Part shown: one piece after another, positions 53,901 through 64,000 of the stretch
Layout: every line of letters begins with the position of its first letter
Numbering within the stretch: the stretch's first letter is position 1
Assembly: GCA_002633005.1 (NCBI GenBank)
Contig: NMRA01000024.1
Coordinates: 637,803 to 701,802 of the forward strand
DNA: 64,000 nucleotides
From: Phoronis australis
Taxonomy: Eukaryota > Animalia > Phoronida
Reading direction: 5' to 3'
Translations under genes and position numbers: made by a program
Notes under the pieces: generated by a model
Databases searched by the model: none
What the model saw: only the letters and a program-made list of their open reading frames with translations
Told to the model about the DNA's origin: nothing

Positions 53901-56775
53901 ATACAGACCATGAAAAGAAAGATTCAGTATCCCCGGTGATTTTATTTGCATTTACTATAAATATTACAATTTAACAATTAGAGCGATTTAGCTCTTTCAC
54001 TGCCAATGTCACCTTTTGGCGACTTAGCTTAGGTACCAGTCTCTGGTTTTATCTATTTTTAGCTAGAAATGGAGTGCTAATGGCAGTTTATCGCATCATA
54101 CGACCACTTTATGCTAATCTTTCGTTTAGCAGAAAAGTTGTTAAAAAGCATTTTTACCCGAAATTTAGAACAATTTGTTGAAGCTGATTTGTCTTGACAG
54201 CTACGATCAAAGCTATAGCAANTCTGTTGAGAAGTGTAAAAACTCAGCTCGCATTCGTTGGAAATTCCAGGTCGCATTTTGCGACTTGATACGAGCTGAC
54301 AAAAATCTCAGCTCGCATTTCCAAATTTCAGGTCGCAAATGCGACCTGCAGCTCGTTATGTCGAGCCCTGCATAAGAGTGGATTTGTAAACATGTCCAAA
54401 ACACAAAACAAGTACTCCTGGAAGGAGCTCCATCACCTCTGTAACTAATCAACTTCTAGTAAACAGCACAAGGTGAGGGTGGACCCTGGCTGTCCAATCA
54501 AATCAGTTTCAAAAATGAATGTACTAAGCCTCTAAATAATAACCTGTTTTTAAACAAGATCTTCCAGAAAAAACGATGAAACAATGATTAACAATTTAGA
54601 ATGACCAGCACCCACAGCACCACCTGAAAACTCTTGCTTGCTGAATGTGCACTGGCAGGCTGCTTCAAAACTGATATTAAAGTGGGCTATCAAAATGGCC
54701 CTGAGGGACACCACAGCTGCTATTAGAGAACGTAACCCAATCTCACATTATCACTATTATAGCATATCACGACAGGAAGTGAACAGATGCCTGACCAAAA
54801 AAAATGCTGATCACTCCTGTCGAATTACACATTGTTTATGGTAAAGTCACTAACTTGGACTGCACCCACTAATCAGTCTACCAGTCTAGAGAGCAAAACT
54901 TCAAATATTTAAACTCGCTTTATGTTTTTGTATCCTTATTTCCTTGCTGTTAATTCAAAAAAACAGCAAAGCAATTAGTTACACATAATTTTCACTTGCT
55001 GGGCATGTCACTATCATTTTCATTGCAAAATAATTAAAATAAGTACAACTACGCAAAACTATTGCAATCATTGGTCTTGCAACTCTAGCCTAAGACTTTT
55101 AACATGGTTTTCAAACATAGCACAGCACGATGTTTGAAAACATGTTGTGAGAAAAGTGCTGCTGCAAGAAGATACAGACCATGAAAAGAAAGATTCAGTA
55201 TCCCCGGTGATTTTATTTGCATTTACTATAAATATTACAATTTAACAATTAGAGCGATTTAGCTCTTTCACTGCCAATGTCACCTTTTGGCGACTTAGCT
55301 TAGGTACCAGTCTCTGGTTTTATCTATTTTTAGCTAGAAATGGAGTGCTAATGGCAGTTTATCGCATCATACGACCACTTTATGCTAATCTTTCGTTTAG
55401 CAGAAAAGTTGTTAAAAAGCATTTTTACCCGAAATTTAGAACAATTTGTTGAAGCTGATTTGTCTTGACAGCTACGATCAAAGCTATAGCAACTAGATGC
55501 TATATTGCCAACTGTTCACGATTCGGACTCGGAAGTTTCAACTGTAGAACAATGTACATGAGCATTCAGAACCGTCCAGAATTTTCAAGTTTCAGTTAGC
55601 AAATAACGAGGACTTTACAGCCTTTTTTGTTTCCTCAAAATTTCATTGGCACTGGGAAGTACGTCTCACACTAGAAATGTGAAGCAGTCTTACTGACAAG
55701 ATTCTATGTGGTAACACCTGAGAAATAACTTCAAAAACACATTTTGTTATTCAAATCTCTTCGAAGCTCACCACCTCAACAACCTCGCTAAACATCAGTA
55801 CCCGGTTGCATGAAACAGTCCCAATTAGGGACTCAACAAAATTCCCTCAATCTACTGCGTATTTTTGGACTTGTGAAAACATCGATTACCCTTTCTTGTA
55901 TTGTTTTAGTTTCATTATTAAGTTAACTTTGGACTTTGATACAAATCGAAAGTGAACTCTACGTTAAATTGACAATAGAATCGAAAATAAATAGGGATCT
56001 TTTCATGCAACACCCCCAATTAAAGGATTAAGTCCCTACTTATTTTCAATGAACTCTGGGTTCAGTTTTTATTTATATTATAAGAAAAAGTCATTAAACA
56101 AAGAGGAGCTCGTACTCAAGATGAAATGACAGAAAAATGTTGCATCTAGGCGTCCATAAAGACACAAATATGCAAAAAGACTTAGGGACCTTAGTTGAGT
56201 CTCTATTCAGGACTGTTTCATGAAACAGGGGACAGATGTCCACAAGTGAACCAAATGTGTGAAAATGAATGTATCAGCTGTAACACATATTCAACATGGA
56301 GCAATTTCAATAATGTTCACAAACTTTTTACTACCACTGCACAGTAAACAGACACCTCAATAGCACGAGGAATCATTCTCACAGGCATATCTCTTAGAAC
56401 ATTAGGCTAAAAAGCATATTAGTTGATGCTGGGAAGTGTTGTTTTTCTTGAAAACCTGAGTTAAGCAGTGAGGTATTTCCATAACTCCCTTTTTCACAAA
56501 TGAAAATCCACAAGAAACGAGCAAAAATGATGCGGAATTTTTTACTCGTTGCTCGGCAAATCTTGGTGTTTCAAACCTAGCTTTCCCTTGCGTACGTTCC
56601 TCTGGACAGCTTTTCAAAACAAAAAAACACAAGACCTTTACTGAAAATTGACACAGGTAGTCATTTGTAGTCGGTGAGCACAGGTCTCAAAATGAGTTGG
56701 AGAGTAGACCAGAAGCAACTTCGCTTGTTTGGCTTTAAATGGAGCATGTACAAGACTACGCACACACGCACGCAT

Positions 56776-56806
<31 letters not shown>

Positions 56807-59800
56807 CACACACAAACATCAGCATCTGTTGGCTTTGTACAATGATGTACATGAAGTAACTACTCAATGAAGGAGCAACTTACCATTCATAACCCAGAAA
56901 ATGTTTGTTTTTGCCTTCAATGCCACACAAATAATGTGATGCAATTTGAAAAATCTGAGTGACTTACTAGTTTCTTTGCTGTGTCTCGTCTCAACAATAT
57001 CCAATTTGGAAACCTCGAAGTAATAGAACAGTTCGGTTAGGAAAGTCAACACACTGGGCTTCAGGAAACTTTGTCCGTTTACAAAATCCTCGAATTGAAA
57101 GTGAAAGCACTTTGTGGGTAGAAACATGCCGCAAAATGTCTTTATAAGTTTAAAGTTGTAACAAGAGTCAGCGAATCCCATTGTTTTCTTCAACACTATA
57201 TCTGAAAACAAACAAAAAAAGCCTGAATTGGCAAGCGGCGTACAACAAATCCCTTATTTTTGAAATATGGATGCATCGCTAATCAAAAGTCACTTCCCAC
57301 ACAATGACAATCTTTTTAAATTATTTTTTAATTTCTTTTTAAATTCTATTATCATTATAATTAAACATAATACTTTTTACAGACACCTGAAAATGAAGAG
57401 CGAACATTCATAATGGCATGCGAAGTTGATTACCATCAATTATTTCTTTATTATACTCAATGGAACAAAAAATACATCATCTGAGTTCGGCACCAGATTA
57501 CTAACTTCAAAGGTGTTACGGAAACTCATAAGAAATACACTTGACATTTAATGCTGCCTCTATAAAAGTTTTCATATCCATTCTGACTTGAACAAACTGA
57601 CAAAGACCCCAAGAAGTGTGTTAAATGCACGTGGTAAGCGTCAAAAGTATTCGGACCAAATTACCCCAAATACCTCATCATGATGAATGGCCAGAAGCCA
57701 ACTTCACAGTCAGAGCAGTCTCCTCTCATGACTGAGAACGAATGGGAATTAACTAGAACGTTAGTACGGTGACTAAGTCATTCTGCAATTAGACTTTTGT
57801 CATCAAAAAAACTTATTACCTGTCCAGTCAGTTTCGCTGTTAGCAGAATTAGACGCCACGATGGGGAAACAGCATTTTGCCTGATAACCTTTGTCATATA
57901 CCGTATCTATGCATAGCTATGTCTCTTCGCCACTGTGGCAATATCGTAGTTCAACTTACCAGCAAATCTGATACATTGAGGACAGTAGAAGTTGACAAGT
58001 ATCGCGAGACAGCAACAGTCGGACAGATCTTTTAACAGATCGTCTATCACAGGTATGAAAGGACCTTCCTTGGCCGCCAGCTGCTTTTTATTTATTCGCA
58101 CCTGTAAGTGATAGAAAATAAACAACTCAGCTTTTGAAAATCACGGCTGCGATCACAAACTTGAGTCTGTTGAGTTTTAATAACCTCATTAATATTATGT
58201 AACAACAGCTCTACATTTTAAAATCGAGAATGCATATCCATGATCCAGAATCACAACTAAAGTCACTATTATGTTGATACACATATGCATTTTAAGGGTG
58301 CATTTTGCTTTGTTTTGACATTGCATTTGCCATACATTTTCCAAAATTGTAACACGTCTGCCATGGAGCAAACAACCCAATGTGTTTTAGCATGTTAAAC
58401 TTGTCTTATCTTGGAAGCTATAGATTTTTGCACCTCTGAAATTGCACGCAGCGTCTTTTTACTAAGAGAATTAAAATTTCACAGCTGGTCTTATTTTTTA
58501 TTTACTTTATTGTCTTTTCACAACTTACTACGGTCTCACATCATTAATCCATACACACAAATATAGACTCACCTTTTGAGGACTATGATTCTGCATCAGG
58601 TTCTGTTGCTGTGCCTTGGCCTCTCGGTCCAGTCGATGGCGGACGGTAGCACACACTTTGTTCATCCAGAACAGCAAGGCATCCTCGAGGTCGTAGGGAA
58701 GCTCGCTGGAGGCGTTGAATGTGGCAAACCGCCTAAAATGGCATGTCAGTTGCAACTTTCTGGGTATGGCCATCTCTTTACAATTTTGCAATCGTTGATT
58801 ATTACACTCTTAGGTAATAATTTTCTCACACAAAGTGCTTTGAGGTTTAAAAATGTCACCACGGTCATCCGATCTTAAATGTTGCTGAATGAGTCGACAA
58901 CTCAGGTAACAGGCAATGCATACATGCCACATTTTCGAATTCGTAATTTTAAGAGATGATGATCATTTTGACGTTCTTGTTTAGAACGCAAGTCGAGTCC
59001 CATCACAGTAAAGAATATTACGAGTGGTTTGAATCATTTTCAAAATTTTTTTGGCACTTAACTACTCGGAAAATGCACTTTTAAGTTTTGTTTTATGGAA
59101 GTGGTACAGTACAAACCATGCTGAAATGAAGGAAAATTTTTTTATTTTCAGACAGATTTTACACAAATGTTCTATTCGTTCAAATTTGTGCCAAATGATG
59201 AAGACTTGGTAAAACAAACGAGTACGTACATTGAAAATGCCATTATAACTGGAATGCGAAACATTGTTGACTGTTGCATCAAAAAGTAGCACTATCATGC
59301 ATGAATATGAACCCTGCCAACTCCAAAGCAGTAACCAGCTTGAGAAATCAGGGAAAACAGTCTTCAAAACTTATGTAAGTTACTACACCATCCCAACTGT
59401 GTACATAAGATCCCGCTGAGCAGACATTACCAAGAAGCACCCACTCACCGTACAGCCTGCACAATCCTTTCTATGGTGATGACCTCCTTAGTGTGTGCCT
59501 CCATTAGCGTTTCTGTGAGAGCCATGTGGGAAGGCTGAAGAGAACAGGAATCAGTAGAGGGCGGTTTCCATAGGAAGGGTCAACAGGGACATGCCGCTGA
59601 CTCAGTTGGGAAATTGCCATCTCAAGCATTGCTTCAGGTGGGATTTTCTTTTAGGAGGTGTCTTGGAATGGGTTATTAGGGTATTTGTTTCTGAATTGAA
59701 TAGAGTATTCAGAGAATTTTAAGTATTTTGTATTCACAAAATCAACTTGATATGTACACCAACTGGAAAACACTCTGTTGCTGTTCACTAATACCTTTAA

Positions 59801-62622
59801 CAATACTCTCTTATGTGGGTTATTTTGAGGGTAAACCGTAACACTAATACAATTAACAACTCTGAATTGACATGCCACTTAATCACTCATTTCAGTTACA
59901 GACACCGTGCCATTACAAATCCGAGTAACTGTGACAATTCCCTCACATGCATCAACGACTCCAGACAATTGCTAATAAGACAGCTATAATTCTCACCATT
60001 AAGAAAGGCGTGGTTTGTTTGAGATCGGTTTCCGTCACAGCTGACTCATCGCGTCCCACAACATAGAGTCCTCGTTTGGACAGCGCCTCGATGACTGCCC
60101 AGTGACCTACAGTGAGGGATACGTGACACTACAGACATTGACTGCTGGGGTCTCGTGGATACAAGCATCATAAATGGCAAGTTAAGGCTTGGCGATGAGG
60201 AGAACATATAGTCAACATTATATTAGCATAAGTAAGAATTCTTAATCTTCTGAAAAACCTATGTTACAAATTCTTCAACTTGGGACACGATGTGGCAGAC
60301 AGGTGAAATTTTATTTCGCCAAAATCTCAACAAAAATAACTTTACAGGAAAATTCAATTTGTTTTTAGCATGGTCTGTATGGTGTAGCTATTGACAAACA
60401 ACAATTGGAAAAACTGTGAGTGTTTGCAACAATGTGGTAAGCTTCAGAAAAATTAAGATTTAAAGCAATTTTATTATTTTTGTCCCCAACTGAAAAATTT
60501 TCACTGCAATAAATCTTACTAAAACCATATCAACAAGGTTATCTATAACAAACTAATTTAACATCAAAATTCCATATTCAACATTTGATTGTACTACAAT
60601 CTAATGCTCAAAAACAGTACTATGTACAATACTAATACTTTTGTCCGAATACCACACAAACATTTATACTAAGTCTTTTTAGAAAACTTTCAACCACTGG
60701 ACTGCCAGAAACTCTTTAACTTGAGCTCCATAAAATTTATTCTAAAATTCAAACGTTTGTGGAAAATAAGGTAAAAAATTTGATAGTATTACGAAACAAA
60801 TTCCAAGATTTCTTCACTATTCAAACAAGGCCCACTGTGCGATGAAAATATTGAAAATCATCGTTCATATTTGATTGTGAAAAGAATACACTTAATGATC
60901 CCACAACACTCGAAAATTTATCAGAAAATGTGCAACTGTTCGTCACAAAACAAGAAAAACAGTTGGGGCAATAAAAGCTAGGTTTTCTCATTGAACATGA
61001 ACTGGAAAGTAAATCATGAAGAGCTACAACAATTTTGTCTGCCTTATGCTGTCAAGCTTGCACCGGACATAGAGAACTCGGGGATTTCGTCAATGGCGCT
61101 TCTGTCAAATGCATTTTGGGAAGGCTGTTGGCTCGTAAACATCCTGAGGCATCACGGATAACTTGGGGACGCAAAACTTGATCTACAGTTTGCGTTTTTG
61201 GAAGTGCGATTTAACTTAAAGTGTTATCCAATGATATATACCTCAAAAATCATTCTCACAAGTTTTTTAATCCATATTTCATTCGATACATTTTGAGGCT
61301 CACCTTTAATCTGTTATTTTTGTACAGTGGTTGCTTTTTAATTCTAACACCAAGAAGCATGCTGCAGTGTATTAGAGCATTCAATTCTGGTGTGCTCAAA
61401 TGACAAGTGTTGGCTCCATCATATTGTTTACATTAACAAGTTATTTGCGATGACACAGGATGTTTAAAAGTCGACAATCGTTCCATGATGCATTTGAAAA
61501 ATGACAGCAATGCAACGGACAAAAATCCCCAAACCAATATTTCAAAAATGTATTCTCACTTAGTAGGAATCAAACCAGAGAAGGAGTTAATACTTTGACA
61601 TTCAATTAAAATAAAACAACCTACCAGACTGACTAGGTGTCCATTGGTGGAATATATTTGTGCAGACTCGAAGATAGACTTCTCCAGAGACCATAAGACC
61701 TGCTAGAAGTGGTTTGACCGAGAGGCTGGCACTAGGATTCTACAGTAAACAATGAGCAGTTAACAAGATATGGCTTTTTGTAATCCAAGTGTGGGGAGAC
61801 TCCATCATGGCTCGAAGCCAACAGTAATTTTGTTCTAACGTGTCAAGTCTGGGCTTATAAGCATGATGCATGATAATACTACAGATAACCAGCCTAAACT
61901 ATATCTAATTTTTAAATTCCAAACATTGTCTTTTTTCTATTATATAAAGATGGAAAACCTTGCAAATAGATAACCTAAATTTGACTAAGTGTTGTTTTAG
62001 ACTGACTGCTGCGCAGTAAAAATCATGCTAAATAAAATATTCATAAGAATTATTAATTTCTGTTGAAAAGTTTGACATGAAATCTATACGAAAGATTGTG
62101 GGTAACGTACGAGAAGCACTCCAGATTACTGCTAGCACTTTCATTCTTTGTCAGAACTTACAATACATAAAAATCAATGCATGACAACTACAATCACATG
62201 CTGCATAACAAAATTAGCAAGGCTGAGCAAGGTGTAGATTAAATTAATTTAAATGCTTAAAAGGTACACTTCATCCGCTCTGGTCAATGTCTGTGAAACA
62301 GAGAACAACAATAAATGTTCTTGGTAACATGTAAGAAACATCAAATTCATGCTTGGCATTCATACTCCGGTATACATAAGATTGGGGCTAAATCGACCAG
62401 TTATACGTCTCGGCACACCTGTTTACACTCTTTCTTGCAATTAGAAAAAATAACCATAATTGATTTAACTGTTCTTGACGATTTTTCCCTGGTCCATTTT
62501 ACTAAACATCGAATATACTCTTTATGTTGTACCTTGCTAAATGGTTCCTTAAGGTCATCCGGCAGATCATCTTGGCTATAGGCCTTGGACAACAACCATG
62601 AAATGCAGAGACGGTGCCAAGC
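35851..62622 (-). CDS. CAMSAP: CAMSAP/Patronin microtubule minus-end binding protein; 17 exons, 5'-incomplete
   Basis: Exons 62533-62622, 61625-61739, 59997-60106, 59449-59534, 58573-58732, 57960-58101, 56968-57201, 48334-48472, 47292-47371, 46929-46971, 43254-46383, 42625-42752, 40358-40563, 39817-39996, 38905-39023, 37303-37466, 35851-35992. All AG/GT-bounded and phase-compatible (5268 nt). Motifs WLLSKAY..LPDDLKEPF, LPYDLEDALLFWMNKV, PISNATKRSF and CKK domain GPKLF..HFVILFRD..KYNSGGK. Confidence 0.93.
37303..37466 (-). CDS. CAMSAP: CAMSAP exon (CKK core)
   Basis: EIAKSDEKHFVILFRDRGQKYRALYSF...GTGPKQITNKMIERYFK; donor gtaagt. Confidence 0.93.
38905..39023 (-). CDS. CAMSAP: CAMSAP exon (CKK start)
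   Basis: GPKLFVKPSSKSNRHIIINAISHCCLAGCVNDDLKAKVLE. Confidence 0.93.
39333..39405 (-). mobile_element. tRNA-derived SINE head or tRNA pseudogene
   Basis: Minus strand ggtcccagTGGCTCAGTGG (A box) ... GAGTTGGAGTCC (degenerate B box) ...ggggca; anticodon arm not convincing. Confidence 0.5.
39817..39996 (-). CDS. CAMSAP: CAMSAP exon preceding CKK
   Basis: Ser-rich; ends SSSDYLG with donor gtgaga, joining to PKLF. Confidence 0.85.
40358..40563 (-). CDS. CAMSAP: CAMSAP exon (coiled coil 3)
   Basis: MKQLEAEQKKAEDKLRRDAIYQQYLNRK; donor gtagga (alternative same-phase GT after 40331). Confidence 0.82.
41493..41564. repeat. Small palindromic MITE-like element; related copy at about 29414-29477
   Basis: gtcccggattttgagaaccagtt...aactggttctcaaaatgtgggac inverted arms. 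Confidence 0.6.
42625..42752 (-). CDS. CAMSAP: CAMSAP exon (coiled coil)
   Basis: STEMDIQKKREKLMLQQMKRREEMEKKRLKKE; donor gtgggt. Confidence 0.88.
43254..46383 (-). CDS. CAMSAP: CAMSAP 3.13-kb central exon (CC1, CC2, disordered linkers)
   Basis: SEIASVRMLLEQKRRAME..QRQRVGKAVF; YNQSLEKLNHSLSELQSEIMRLSLQQEQI; GFFVSF; donor gtaagt. Confidence 0.92.
46929..48472 (-). CDS. CAMSAP: Three small CAMSAP exons (48334-48472, 47292-47371, 46929-46971)
   Basis: PVPISNATKRSF; RQPLLQKRQQ; SIGHPPHGLHRKTS; phases chain correctly. Confidence 0.8.
50723..51883. mobile_element. Non-autonomous DNA transposon in a CAMSAP intron (AT flanks, ISL2EU-like)
   Basis: AT then agctcacttgcgagttt ... aaactcgcaaaaggact then AT; subterminal inverted repeat gtcaccggaagaggggcaaaa / ttttgccccacttccggtgac. 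Confidence 0.65.
53104..55492. repeat. 1.12-kb near-identical direct duplication (53104-54221 and 54371-55492) flanking an N
   Basis: Copies differ only by scattered SNPs and indels; N at 54222; spacer ends in a hAT-like TIR tcgagccctg. Confidence 0.92.
55799..56232. mobile_element. MITE with CAG TSD (PIF/Harbinger-like)
   Basis: TIR cccggttgcatgaaacagtcc / ggactgtttcatgaaacaggg; CAG at 55796-55798 and 56233-56235. Confidence 0.75.
56759..56813. repeat. (CGCA)n(CA)n microsatellite
   Basis: Directly visible. Confidence 0.9.
56968..62622 (-). CDS. CAMSAP: CAMSAP N-terminal and CH-domain exons (7 exons)
   Basis: WLLSKAY; VKPLLAGLMVSGEVYLRVC; GHWAVIEALSKRGLYV; HMALTETLMEAH; EDALLFWMNKV; DLSDCCCLAILVNFYCP; DSCYNFKLIKTFC...FLTELFYYFEV. 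Confidence 0.9.
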
Positions 62623-62964
62623 CTAGAATGGATAAAAGCGTGTACAAGAAGGATGCATTTTATTATACAACGACTTGTTAAAATCAGGCAACCAAGTTTC
62701 TAACTAAGCAGTGTTTCAGTGTTCTCCACAACCTGTTTTGTCCACCACTAGAAAAACTAACTTGTATCCCCAGTTACCATATTTGCATAGGTATAATATA
62801 TTGTTTGAAGACTAAAGTTGCCCTATTTTAGATAAATGCATAACTTTCATTGATGCCAGTGCTCTCATTTATGGAAAGGTTGCACATTTTCCAGTCCTAT
62901 ATGGGGTCTTGGAAATTTAATTTTACTGGTCAAATTAGGTGTAGCTTCTGAGATTACACACTGA

Positions 62965-63475
62965 CCACCATCTCTAGCCGACTAGAGACGGTGTAGCTCC
63001 TATGCGAACTTCATACGCCGGAAACTTATCACACTCACTAAAACGCCAATGTCACATTGTTATAAATATCTTTTGCGCATAGAGGGGCATCTTCCTTCCA
63101 ATTTGAAGAAATACTCCTGTTACCAGAAACTTTTCCTTCGAGCAGTCCCTTGTACAGTTCCCAAAATCGGTACATTTTACACTGTGCACGCCAGGGGATA
63201 TGACGTCATACCACCTGATGTGTGCAGTGTTAAAAATGGTTTGTTTCCAATTTTGGGAACTGAACGAGGGACTGCTCAAAGAAAAACTTTGATAACGGCA
63301 GTGTGAAAGGAAGGAATTAAATGCATCGATGGCCTCCTAAGGTGTCACTCTATGCACAAAAGATATTTATAATGTGACTTTGATGTTTTAGTCAGTGTGA
63401 GGCATAACTTGCCGAAAAGCTTTCAGCGTATGAAGCTCCTATAGGAGCTACACAGTCTCAGAGACAGTAGGTGGT
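62965..63475. repeat. About 510-bp imperfect palindrome centred on TATGACGTCATA
   Basis: 62965-63084 is inverted at 63348-63475 and 63113-63190 at 63219-63303; centre 63199-63210. Confidence 0.85.
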
Positions 63476-64000
63476 AAATGTATAGCATATTCGAGATGAG
63501 TCAACATTGGATGTCAACATGCGGTGACACCATTTTTTGAAATTGACACTTAGAAATGACAAAAGTAAGAGAGATTCTTATGGTGTGGGAATACCTCACT
63601 CTCACTGTAGTGCTCCAAGTCCAACTCTGGCACATCCCAGTTGTTTTCAATGGGGACGTCCATTTCTTCATTGATGGTTATTTCTTCTTCGTTCGAACAC
63701 TCCGGTTGGTGGCTTTCATTTGTACTTTCCTCATCATGCTGTGGATTGAAATAATTCACAAGAGCGTTCCACATGGACGTCACTTGTTCTCTGTTAAAAC
63801 TGTAACAGACGTCGGGATTTTTAATTTAAAAATCTCGTTTGGAAAAATAATCGAACGGAGTTGATCGACATCAATAAAATTATTTCAAACCAGGCACAAA
63901 ACGCATTGTCTATTGATCCAAAAGTTAGATTATTTAGTCATCAGAGCATTTCATTCAATTGCCGACAAGTTGAAAAATCTATTATGCCGCATTTTATCAG

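Overview
AT-rich animal (probably marine invertebrate) genomic DNA; no prokaryotic features. Left half (1-33 kb) is mostly transposon remains: a decayed Ty3/Gypsy element (gag-PR-RT-RH-IN) interrupted by a 148-bp MITE and a full-length L1/Tx1-type LINE (7-bp TSD); a 7.3-kb Kolobok-type DNA transposon (TTAA TSD, 13-bp TIRs) with decayed, spliced, convergent transposase and KolX (P2X7-C-terminus-like) genes; a second Kolobok relic whose centre is replaced by an L2/CR1-group LINE; and many MITEs, three with 5-bp TSDs. Right half (35.85 kb to beyond 64 kb, minus strand) is a CAMSAP/Patronin gene: I traced 17 phase-compatible coding exons (about 1755 aa; CH region, coiled coils, CKK), with the start exon outside the window. 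Best leads: a candidate internal first exon giving a CH-less CAMSAP with a hydrophobic N-terminus, a KolX-RT chimeric ORF, a 510-bp palindrome centred on TGACGTCA, and a 1.1-kb duplication at an N that looks like two haplotypes. Family calls come from motifs recognised by eye, not database searches.
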